From: Tubiluchus corallicola
Lineage: Eukaryota > Animalia > Priapulida
Reading direction: 5' to 3'
Length of the DNA stretch: 64,000 nt
Assembly: GCA_030141605.1 (NCBI GenBank)
Contig: JAQGDQ010002370.1
Span: 275,167-339,166 of the forward strand
Part shown: positions 14,101 to 26,500 of the stretch, in pieces
Numbering within the stretch: position 1 is the stretch's first letter
How the letters are laid out: the number at the start of each line of letters is the position of its first letter
Position numbers and translations under genes: made by a program
The notes under the pieces: generated by a model
The model's input: only the letters and a program-made list of their open reading frames with translations
Databases searched by the model: none
Told to the model about the DNA's origin: nothing

Positions 14101-15604
14101 TTGAAGCTGCACACCTGGCGTAAAAATGAATCCAACCTGTTTCCTGTGCCGTTGTGAATCTAGTCTGTTTCCAGTGCTGATTAATCCAATCTGTTTCCTG
14201 TGCCCATGAGTTTTCTTGCGAAATCCCATCCTCCTAGATAACTTTATCATTTCAGTTTCGTATTTTTTTTTACTTTTTTTACATTTCACCTGTTAAACGG
14301 GTCGAAAATGTCTTCCATGCAAAACTTGGATTAGATCATTCTACTGACTTTCAATTTTGATTAAACTAGTGGCATATAATCAATTCTGTTCTTAAAACTT
14401 CAGAGTGAATCAGCCAGAGCAGGACTAATAATTTATTGAAGCTTTATGAAAGTTTTTTTGCCACCCCAAAAAGAACGTATTTTTACTTTTTCTAGCCTGA
14501 ATTGCAGTTTTATGCGCTCCTTCAGCATAAATTTTTGGAACTTTTACTTCAAGCTCAAGCCTATATTTAGTGAATTTCTTAGCATTGTACTTCTGTTAAC
14601 TTAGACCTAATTAAGCAGTAGTTACAACTATGTTTAATAAGTAAGACCAATAGTTGGTAGCATAAAAGAGGGCAAAGTCAGAAACATGGAGCTGCTTCAG
14701 CCATCATGTTGATTTTTGACCTTTGGGGGAAATATGCAAAACTTTTCAAAAAGATGAAATATCTTAGGCTGATTTTTTAACTTTAACGCCATTAGAGGTT
14801 AGGTGATAACGGCAGTGGAGGTTGGGGGTGTTGACATCAATAGATACGACATTTACAGTCTTTGTGTAAGTAGTGAGTCAAGTGACGTCAATAGGTTTTT
14901 GTTACGGCGTAGGTCATTTTATCAATTTCTCCAGTAATCCTAATTCTGATTAAGGTCAGCAATATCACAATACGGCTAATATTTAAAACAGGCAATTTGG
15001 AAATTTCTGGTTTCAGAAAAAGTGTCAGGCGTATTGCTGTCAAGATATTGTGTCGTACCTAAACTGTATTTTGCACAAATTTCAAATTGACAGTTTTATG
15101 GCTGGGCTGGGCTGGGCTGTCCGGTAGGGGGATACATGTGATACTTTTTACGATTTCTTTGAGGAGTTCATCGTTTACAACATCGAACATAAGATTATTT
15201 CTGCTTCAAAGTTCAAAGTGCAGCATGTAGTACCAAGACTGGTGCCACTGCAGAAATGGATATGACGTCATTAATGGGTGAAGACAGTGGCCAATATACA
15301 AGATTTACTCTAAGCTAAAGCTGTTTAGAAAGTTAAATTTGCATGTGTTTATAGTAGCATTAGACTCGTCAAACTGCAGCGTAAATAAACAGCATAAATA
15401 TTGAGAAGTAGTCCTAAATTGTTATGCATCAAAATTATGTATTATTATGTATTATGTATCTTTCAACAAAAGAAAGACGATCTAAGTTTAAGACGATATA
15501 AGACCTTTCTTGTATATAAGTTTACTACGTTTCTGTAAGCTAACTTTGTGTTTTTACTTGTGCCTTATTTTATTCTTCTTCTATGGAATATAAATGTCTG
15601 AAAT

Positions 15605-15618
15605 AAAATAAATAAATA

Positions 15619-15707
<89 letters not shown>
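15605..15707. repeat. (TAAA)n(TAA)n microsatellite
   Basis: Direct reading. Confidence 0.97.
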
Positions 15708-15708
<1 letters not shown>

Positions 15709-15814
15709 TGTTAGTACCAGCTAATAAATATTAATTTAACTGCTGATCTTGCATTTATCTTCTATGTATTCTTCTATTTACAAAGAGAGCTTTTGTTTCA
15801 CGAGGTGTAGAGAG

Positions 15815-16255
15815 CAGATACGTGCTACAAAAAGTTTCAGTTTTTAGGACTTGTGACCGCATGCTTTAAGAAGCCAGACAGAAATTGATGTAGTTGAGCG
15901 ATATCCCACTACTGAGTTCATTTATTGAAGAAAATGTTTGGTACTGTGTGACTGGTTAGCCGTGTTAAAACAAACATAGCATTATAGCAAGTGTCATATA
16001 GCATTAACAGCAATTTGGTCTATAAGCCAGTCTGACTCATTTTTTCTTCTGTAAGCTTGCTATAATGTTTTCTCTGTGTCTTTTTTCGGGATAACATGTA
16101 TCTGAACATCGGTTTGTTATTTGTGCTTCTAGTCAGACATAGGTTTCTGGATTTCAGCATTCTGTCATTCTGCACCAGGAAAGCAAGCTAGGTTGATGTG
16201 ACGTCTGCTGGTCTGGTCTTTAAAGCGCAAAATTAAAAACCCTTAATTATCTAAG
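15815..16255 (+). pseudogene. Relic copy of white paralog 1 terminal exon (16090-16191) with flanking intron and 3'UTR homology
   Basis: 16090-16191 reads DNMYLNIGLLFVLLVRHRFLDFSILSFCTRKAS*, versus gene 1 [33 protein letters not shown] (21/33 identical, same length). The acceptor is ttcgg instead of cag. The 3' flanks match (taggttgatg...tttaaagcgcaaaattaaa vs taggttgatg...tttaaagtgcaaaattaaa). Sequence at ~15815-15880 resembles gene 1 intron 18 (~10445-10510). Confidence 0.85.
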
Positions 16256-16461
16256 TTTTGAAAATCTAAATTAGGTTGAATTTAATCTGAATATATTGAT
16301 TTGTTTCAAAACTGTAAGAGTTTTAAAGATATGCTTTAAATTTCCTGAATCAAGGCTGAATTTAGACTGGTATACATGAGACACGCTGTCAAAGGTGGTA
16401 ATTGATGTTTGATTCTAGCTGTTAATCACACTATGTCTCATCTAGAATGATTTATTTACTT

Positions 16462-16462
<1 letters not shown>

Positions 16463-16513
<51 letters not shown>
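16463..16513. repeat. (GT)n microsatellite
   Basis: Direct reading. Confidence 0.97.
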
Positions 16514-16514
<1 letters not shown>

Positions 16515-17194
16515 CCGCGTAGGTGCGTGCGTGTAGTTGTACATAATTCTTTGTGATGCAATAAAAACTGTATAACGTTTTGTATTAAAATATTTGTGTA
16601 CGCAAACCTGGTTATTTTTACTTGCTGTTTTTATACCGTATTCACACTCACGCGTGCACTTGTTTAATTATTACAGGTATCATAAATTTTTGTTTACTAA
16701 AAACAACAGTCCTGCATATATTATACTTTGGATGGCTACTTTGTACTTTCACCTACTAATTATGCTTGCTAAATGGTTAATTTATTAGATTTTTTGGTAA
16801 GAATGCATGATAAATTACAAAAAAATCACAATCACAATGCATGTGTATGTGCTTCACAATACTACAACAACACTGTTTTACGAAGAATGTTAGCTATATA
16901 TCAGCCTTGTCAAAGTCACAATTAAGCGATCGAGTGTGTAGCCAAGGTCACATAGGTATTCTATTTAATTAAATTAATATGTTTTTCACCCTTAATTATT
17001 GAAATAGAGCATTTATCGCATTTACAAAATTATTTCGCGTAGCTTGAATTCACTCTGAAATTACATTTGCATGCGTGGAACGAATTAATTAGGACTTGCG
17101 TGATCATTTTGTTTTTGTTATTGCGCTTCAAGAAGGTTTGAGATTAATATTTTAGAACAGACCACTGCTGTCTTTTAATGAGCACTTTGCTAGA

Positions 17195-17422
17195 ATGGCT
17201 GCTTCGCTTCACGAACCTATTATTCACGATGATCAGTTAAATGTAGATGTAGATGGCATTGAAAACAAAGCCTATGAAGAAAGTCTGGGTGAAGTGGAAC
17301 ATGATTTGGAACCAGCTGTTCAATTCGAAACAAGGGACATCAAGCTGCTTGACCGCCTAGCTACATGTGTGCTTGGTATTAGTGAGGTTGAAACGGTAAG
17401 TGACATTATTATTATTATTATT

Positions 17423-17509
<87 letters not shown>

Positions 17510-20500
17510 TATCATTATTATTAATATTATTATCGAAGTAGCTATCTGCTAAGGTCCATTACATATATAAACGAGGGCTCATTTTGTAACAGTACATGCT
17601 TATGAAACAAAACTACTGCAGTACTGAACATTATTGAGCCCAAATTTTTGTGCACTTAATGTGAGAATATTATTTTTTAAACAACATGTCGAATAGTCTA
17701 ATAGCAGGTTGATGATAATAGATAAAAAATCTGCTGCTAGAAACGATTTGCCGGTTAGCTAATTAGCCACAATGGCCTCTACAAAAATTCTTTTTGAGGC
17801 TATTAATGGCATCCCTAAAAATATGTTAGTTACAATCGCCTAGCTTTTCAGTTAAGTAAGCTAAACCTTCAGAGAGATAGAGGACTTTAGGAGTGATAAG
17901 CAAAATTATTATCAGTTGTAGAAGAAGCTTTCCGAGTGGATGAAATGCAGGAAATGCTGCAGTGTTTGGGGCTTCAAACCTAACACAAACTAGGCACAGT
18001 AGTACAAACTACGTACATTTCATAAACCGGCCCTTTTCGTGTCAGTTAGTTACGTTTCATTTTGTGCACTCTTAATCCGACGTCCAACTTTTTCAGATTA
18101 CCTTAACTTGGGAGGAAATAAATGTATGGACACATCATGAAAGTCACAACTCAAATATGGGTTACCAACGAAAACGGACACACGCGAAGCATGTTCTTCG
18201 AAATGGTATTATTGTTTTGATGTTTATTTTGTGTAAGTTTATTTATGTAGGACAAGAATGACAGTGAGTTTTCTTTCTTCTTATCACAGCACCATAATTG
18301 ATGCTTTTCAGCTACCAACCAAATGTAGCTCTTCATTTTTATAGACAATTATTCTTCCTTAGATGAAAAGCAATGTGAAGCAATAATTGAATAAGCAAAA
18401 CAGTGTAGCGAACACGATTATTTCTGTTAAGTTTATGTTTGAAAGGAGAGAAATTAGTGCGAATAGTTTGCTTAAAACCGCAAGATTACACCACAATACT
18501 TAAGTATGTAAAACCCCATTACTAAATGCTTTTACTAGTAACTAAGGTTTGAACACAACATTTCGACAGCATTGTCAGGTGCCTAAAAATTTAAAACAGT
18601 ACTATTAACCTAATTTATTAGTGCGTTAAAATAAAAAATAAATTAGTAATTCTTTGAAAGATGATATAACGAATTTGACCAATTAAACTACATACGTAAA
18701 TTGACAACACAATTTTCATAAACATAATCTAAACCAAACAGATATCTACTTAAACAGAATGTGAGGGCGTAAAATTAACAAACTGTACAGTCAAGTTTAT
18801 GAAACGTAGTATTATCATGTTATAGTTACTGGATATGTAGAAGGTGGAACTCTGCTAGCCATTATGGGAGCCAGGTAATCTTTATCATTTTCTTTATGAT
18901 TGCAGTTTTTTTCAAAGTAATCATCGCTGTTACTGTCTTCATCTCTTCATCATCCCTGTCAAAACATTGTCGTCATTGTCGTTATCATTGTTGTCACCGA
19001 CATCATCATCGTTATTATCTTCGTCATCACTTGACATCATCATCATTTTGTCGTCGTCGTCATCGTGGTCTTCAAGGTATAATCATATATGAATAATACT
19101 TCACCAAAGTTATAAGCCTATGCACAGATGAATAATTCAATTTAAGAAGAGTAAAACTTACAGAGATCTATCTGTTGACGATAATGTAATTTTATTAGAA
19201 TTTGCAACAAATCAACTAAAAATTTTCAAGTGTTGGACTTATAATACAGTTATTAACTAAATTTGCAAGTGGTTTTTATTTAATTGTAAATTTACAAATA
19301 AATAGAGCTTCAGTCTTTTTGCCTAATGTGAATATAATAATTGTAAATTGATTTTTATTGTATTGCCAACAATCATCAGTAGCTTAGCTTCTATTGTTTC
19401 GTACGCGATATCGGGAGCTGCATCCTTAAAGTCGGATTAGTTGGCTACTGCGAATCCATACTTCGTAAATATAAACAGTTGTGCTACTCGTCACGCGTGG
19501 TAGTGGGACGGGCAATCCGATTGTCGATATAATACTGTCGCTATTATTTTGTTTTATTGCACATGGTACATAATCACATGTTACATGTTAAATGTAAATG
19601 TGTATTAGACTAAATTAAATGTGTATTGTTCTTTGCATTAAGATGTAATAAATAAGTGTAAATCTAAATTTCAGTGGTTCTGGGAAAAGTACACTATTAA
19701 ATGTGCTTACGCACAGGCACACTAGTGCGTTTACTCTGCATGGTACGGTGAAAATAAATGGCCATTTTCTTGGACCTGGCATACGATCTATTTCAGCCTA
19801 TGTCCAGCAAGACGATCTCTTTCTTGGTATGCTTACCGTGAGAGAACATTTAAAGTTTCAGGTAGGCCTACTTTTTGATACTTTTTTCTGAAAACAAGCT
19901 TAATCACTTGAAAACAGTTACTCAGCTTGTCTACATAACTAAAACAACAATAGTACTCTCATCATGTGTTAGTTGCGGTAGACAGAATAGAATACTATAT
20001 GTAGGCAATTTACCTAAGTAGATTGGAAACCTTACTCGCTCAATAGTAATGATTAAAATAAAACGTTAGTTGTATTTATTATTTAAAATTTATCGCAAAT
20101 GATGCCCTCTGACTGACCAAGCTGCTGAGTTTGAAGCAGCAGCAAATTAGTTGCATTACAAGTAATAAAATTCAGGTGCTTTCGAGAAAAATGAGTAAAC
20201 GCGATAATAGTCAAAATTGAACTAAACCAATTTATTTCGTGCATTTCTAGTGATAAAATCCAGCTGCTTTCGCCGAATGGGTAACTCAATAACATTCAAG
20301 GTTGAACCTAAGGTCCTATTTATTGAAGTACAGACTCATTCACACACATTCGTGTTACTCAACCTCTTGATCTTCCTCCTCCGTACATTTTATATGTAAT
20401 GTATTATAGCAGACGTTTCATTTACCACCGTGAATCCTTAAAATTCACGTGAGCAACAGAAAACTCAAAGATATAACAGTCCGAATTTTAAAACTTTTCT

Positions 20501-23500
20501 GTTCTGCTATTTTAAAAGCAAAGTTGGGAGAATACGTAGAATGATTGGCTGGTTTTAATAAACATTTCTTCAATTTATAGGCTCTTTTAAGGATGGATGA
20601 AAAGTTATCTTACCAACAGCGTATGGAAAAAGTAGAAGAGGCGTTGATTGAAGTAACGAATATTTATTACATTTAATTGCTAAATTTTGGAGAAAAGGCT
20701 AATAAAGTAGATGTCGTTTTTAAGCTATCATGTGCAAAAAAATTCCACGCAACATATGAACAAAATTCTATTTGTTTTAAAGTAGGCAAATTACAGCAGC
20801 TTGAAACTCTAGTTTTCTCTCAAGCGAAACTCTGATTTCCCGTAAAAACTTTTGAAGTACTATAAAATTTTTATACTGCTACTTTTAAAAAACTGCAGCA
20901 ATTAATATTAATTTTATAGTCATCTGAGCATCTTATTCAGTTACGATGATACTAACTATGAAATAAAAAAACTAAAAGGTCTGAAAAGTGAAAATTTTAT
21001 GTATGTTTCAAGCCAGAACATGAACTAAAGCGATTTCATTAAATATTGCAGTTTAGTCTCAAGTCATGCGAGAATACGCTGATTGGTATTCCTGGCAGAA
21101 TGAAAGGCATTTCAGGAGGAGAGAAAAAACGTCTCGCGTTTGCGTGTGAAGTACGTACGCTCTTATTTAAAGCATGCATGCTTAACTTTAATTTCTTATG
21201 TATGGGTATTCGGTGGAATTCCTATGAGAATACCTTTTGTGGAAAAATGAATGGAATTGGAATAAAAATTAAATTCCTGTAGAAAGGGGAATTCCCAGAG
21301 TTCTACATATTAGAAGGTATAAATTCCTATTCACGCTTTCTTATGTATAGGATTCCGTTCATACCCTTTATATAAAAACTCAATTTTGTTGCCATTACAT
21401 GCTGGGGAAGAACAAAAATAGTATTTAAACATATACGAAAATCCCCTTTTCTGTTAGCACCAAATGAATGTTCTAAGTTTAGTAACAATAATCAAGCATT
21501 TTTAAAGAGTTCAATACCACCAAAACTAGCCAAATCTTTAGCTCTTTTTTTAAACCAACTTGAACATCCAATTTGCAGTTAGAGCTTTTCGGATGTTGGC
21601 AAAAGTAGCCGTGACCCAAAGGAACTAGGAACTTGAAATTCCAACAGTGTTTTTATTAGAGATAGGAGATTAGAGAATTGAGATAAGATGAGATTGTACA
21701 CATTTTTGCTTGTTTGCATCCAACGTTTGTCTTCATATACCCACATGGCAAGCTTAAACTGTAACTCACGCTCAGCATTTTTCAATATATGAGTTACAGT
21801 CGCTGATCAGTTATGATAATATTGTATTCCTATACTAATAGAGCGAAGGCTATGGCCGTCTCAAAACTAAACTCTATCTAGAGGCATCGTCTGTTGAATC
21901 ATAATTTATTTAAGCTTTTTTCTAATTACTAGGTGTTAACAGACCCAAAGTTAATGTTTTGTGACGAACCGACTTCTGGCTTAGATTCTTTTATGGCACA
22001 AAATGTTGTCATGGTCATGAAAGACATGGCTAGTAAAGGACGAACTATTCTGTGTACCATACATCAGCCTGCGTCGGAATTGTACGCTATGTTTGACAGG
22101 TAAAGTACGACTGTTATAGATTTCTTTATTGTACCAGTTTTGCCTATCCAGACTACCAAATGAATTTGTTTTGCTTATGGATTTTTGGTTTTCTAAAATG
22201 TGTTGATTTGGATGCGAAGTACACATACTTCAGATTTGCTCGAGAATAACGAAGGGTAAAAGGTGCCCAAACTAGTTTTGAAAACATTTGTATTGAAAAT
22301 TGCAACATTTGGCTACATGGTTTTATTCAGCCTCTAACAACCATAAAACTACATAACATCACTTGAAAATTCAAGTGACTTTAATTAAGTTATCAACTAG
22401 CAATAGTCACAGCTAAAAAACCAGATGGTAACCCGTAAAGCAAAAAACACATTCCATTCCTTTATTATTTTGGATTCCTGATAATGAAGGTTATGAAGGA
22501 ATAATGTTGCATTCAAGTTACGGTGTTTACGGTTTTCAGGCTGCTGTTGATGGCAGAAGGCAGAGTAGCATATTTGGGTTCAACGAAAGCTCTTCATGGA
22601 TATTTTGATAGTCTGAATTTGAGATGCCCCCCAAAATTCAACCCTGCAGACTATTATGTGGACATTCTAGCCGTCATTCCGGCAAAAGAAACGCAATGCA
22701 GAGATAAAATTGAGGTTCGTGTATTTCTGATGGAAGTATAAACGTGGTTATGCAAAGGGATGAGGAGTAAAAAAAATTAAACGGGTGTAAAAATTTACCA
22801 GGATTGATAGTTAAGATAATTAAGAACTATAATTTGTAATCGCTATAACCCGTGAAGAGTTCTTCGGCTGTCAGTGGCAAAATCGTGCAACTTTCTTTTC
22901 ATTACTAAACTCCTAATTACTATACAGCTTAATTACTGGAGAGCCCTCGGTTCGAAACGCCAAATTTTTGGGCATCTTTCTGATTATCCTTGGCGTAATT
23001 TTATAAATTCTATAATTTTATCACTGACCGATTTGAAATTTGTCATTAACTTCCACATAGTTGTGTGTAGCTTTGTAATGTTTTAAAAGTTTGGTGTCCA
23101 GCTAAAATGGTTTACGAACTAAGTCTAAATACCACGATAACCATAAAAAATCCCTTTCCCAAGTTTAAAATTTGCTTATGGCATATAACGTGATCAATCT
23201 AAAAGCGCCTATCAGTCAAAGAATGGTAAAGAGTGTGGACATTTTTTAGAAAATCTGCGACGCATTTGAGATATCAGCAGAACGTGGAGTAATAAAACAA
23301 GTGATTAAGGAGGACAACGAGAACAAGCAACTCTATGACGTAAGAATTCTTAGTTATTCTTAATTATTGCACTTAAACTGAAGCAACTACACTTAAACAA
23401 ATATGTAATATAGACTAGAGTAAACTCATATTTTTGTAACTATATGTTTTCGTACATATACAATTTTATTTTGTTTTTTCAGTTTGGTGAACTGTTGGTT

Positions 23501-26500
23501 TATGGATCGCCGTAAGTATATTGTTATTTGAAACATGAAAGCTTAATTATAATTAGTGACTTAATTTAATTTTCCATCCTAGTATGTGTCTTACACCTAG
23601 TTAATAATAAATAGTATTTTATTAGGGTTGACATTTATTGTCTTAAACACTAATAAAACATCAATACATTCTCTAATGTATGCTTTTGAGGAAAGAATAA
23701 AAACGTCAATTAGTATCTACGATTAAGTCTTAATCTTTGTTTTATTAGGTTAAAACTTTTGGCATATTTCACATACAAATTATATCCTTTGACTGCCCAG
23801 GTACAAAGCAAGTTGGCTAAAGCAGCTGATGGCGCTCACACAAAGATCATTTACCACTGAGATTCGAGATCCACAGGCTGTTAAAATTACTGTAATTCAA
23901 ACTATTGTAAGTCTGCTTAATTATGGTCTGCTTAATATTGGTTTCAACTATAATTTTTTTTGTCATATAAATTATAGGAGTAGAATATTTAAACTGTCTT
24001 TACTTTGGATTTTATTCGAACAACAGTAATTAGGAAGCGCTAGTTTCTGCATGTTGAAGTGTTATTTGTGAGTATTATGGGTAATTAATGTCCGTTTAGA
24101 TTGTAGGGTATACCCGATGATTAGTTGTGAAAGTGAGTGGCAAGCTTTCCTGGTAGTCTGTGCACGCGTGAATGACCGCTTTATGCGATACTGATGAATT
24201 CAAATTGTATAATTCTTGAGTGACGCGCTTTGTGATGAGATATTTACCCAATCAAAAGTCTGTTTCTTAATGTGGCCACAGTGCTTTTGTTGATTAGTTT
24301 TGTTTTCCATCAGGAAAAGCGATGGTCTAGACGCGCGACGCTTGCTAGGACAGGATGACATCAAGAATGACAACTCTGAATGTCATTCAGTCATTACAGA
24401 GATGTCCGATAGTCTAAACAAACGTCATTGGAGTGAAATTTCAGACTTTCCCTGTTGATCACAATCACATGCTACATGTAGTTACACCGTCACATTCTAC
24501 CTGTCAAATCAAATCAAAAGTGTAGGATTACTACGAAAAGCTAAACTAAGCTCATATAGTGTCTAAACAAGGAATGCAACCAGACTTATAATTATTTTCA
24601 GGACCGATTATTTCACCTAAACTTTCTACAGATGACGCCACTTTGCTGTGTCAGAACTGATTTCGGTTATTTGTTGTAGTCGTAGAGTTTATTACTGAGC
24701 TTTATCCATTATAAGCAAACAAAAAACAAAATTTTGCAGATAATTGAGATATGACAAATTAAACTTGTAAAGGAAACATAATAAATTTCATAAGAGGTAC
24801 GTTTAGTAGCTCAGGTCTAGTGTATACTCTCGTTTAGATATATTAATAAATTATAGACAATATTTATTTATGAAAACGGTTTTAACACAAATTTTTCAGG
24901 TAAATGCGGTGATGGTTGGAATGATGTACTTGCAACAGAAATTAAATCAGGAAGCCATTCAAAACATTTCCGGTTTTGTACTTCTCTTGGTCATGATGAC
25001 TCTAATGCAGAACATGTTTTCAATTCTCCTGGCAAGTAGATGTTTGCTGTTTCACAGTTTCATAGAAAATATTTTACTTTAACGAAATAGTTGCGTATAG
25101 GCCTTGCGTTAGCTTTAACAATATAACTTGTATCATATTTGCAAGTTTGTTTATGTTTATATAGTAAGGTACGCTGCGAGCACTTGCTAATAGGGCATAC
25201 TTGTTTTGACACTACTTATGGCAGGAAAGCAACGTTGCGTATACTAAGGATAATTCATCTGAGATGAAAGAGTGAATTTCAGGGACGTCTTAATCAAAAA
25301 CCGCCAGAAGCAGCGTTCCTTAACTTTGGTATACGAAATATTACAACTTTAAAATCAGACTGTATGATAAAAACACTATTACCACTTTAACATTACACCT
25401 TATGACTTGGTTAACTTGGACCTTTTTTGCTAAGATGCCGTCATAAAATTGACCTATTTTTCAGGTATTTTGCGAGGAGAGTCTAATAATTATGAGAGAA
25501 CACTTTAATGGTGACTATAGGCTTGACACGTATTATCTTAGCAAAATGTTTGCACAGGTATGCGTTCTGACATTCGCTTTGTTAACGAAATTACCAAACA
25601 ACTGTTACGTGATTATGTTAAACTGATAACACGTCGTTGTAGGCCTATCAAAATTTAATTAGGCATGAGTAAAATTTTACCTTGCCTGGCGTCTGTTCTT
25701 GCCCGCTCGAACGGTCTTGTGCCAAAGTAATTGCACTTGGCCGCTAGAAGTATACAGTATAACGTACATCATTGAATTCCTTAGCTCGACATTGCTCATT
25801 TCTGTCTTCTACATGTACATGCACTTGCTAAAATTGAAAAAATGATGCAAAGTTGAAGATGAAAATGAATTGTTGATGGTAGACATGCAGTTCGCTGTTT
25901 ATATATATATGAAAAGAATCGGATGAGAAAAAAGGATAGATTTAAATGATTGTAACTTTAATAACTAATTCCGAAAAAACAGATTCGATAGTAACTGTAA
26001 AACTTAAAGCATAGAGCCAAAGCAGTTTGTTAAAAAAGTTAATCTAGTCAGTTGGGAAGTAACGAGAAATTCATCGCAGTTTGTGGCACTAATGAATACC
26101 AAAAGTAGCTTAATAGAAATGAATGTATTAGAAAGTATTTTTCATCAAAACAGAAAACAGTGCGTATATGATATTCTGCAAAAAGATGTTTTATTTAAAT
26201 GTGTCTTGTTCATAAAGCCACGGTTCCTCTCCTTCTCCAAGTGATAGTGATTCCGATTTGTTTACTGCGTATGCCTGTGTCTGTACCTAAACCAACGGCG
26301 TATCCGCTATGCTAAAGAATTGAAAGCCGTAAAAAACGTTAGTATAGTTTCGCACAGGGTTGAACATCATGCGCTCGCAAGCAAACCGCATGCGTTTTCC
26401 CTACACTAAAGAACCATGCATGTGAAGTAATATTCCACATACATGATCTATATAAACGCAATATTTTAACAACGTTAATAATAAAAATAAATTTACATTA

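Noticed and set aside
17396-17524. Hydrophobic I/V run that looks like a TM helix in ORF 17195-17524
   Set aside because: It is an intronic microsatellite after the gtaagt donor at 17396.
18896-19096. His/Cys/Arg-rich ORF
   Set aside because: It is a degenerate (CAT/CGT)n tract in intron 3 of paralog 2.
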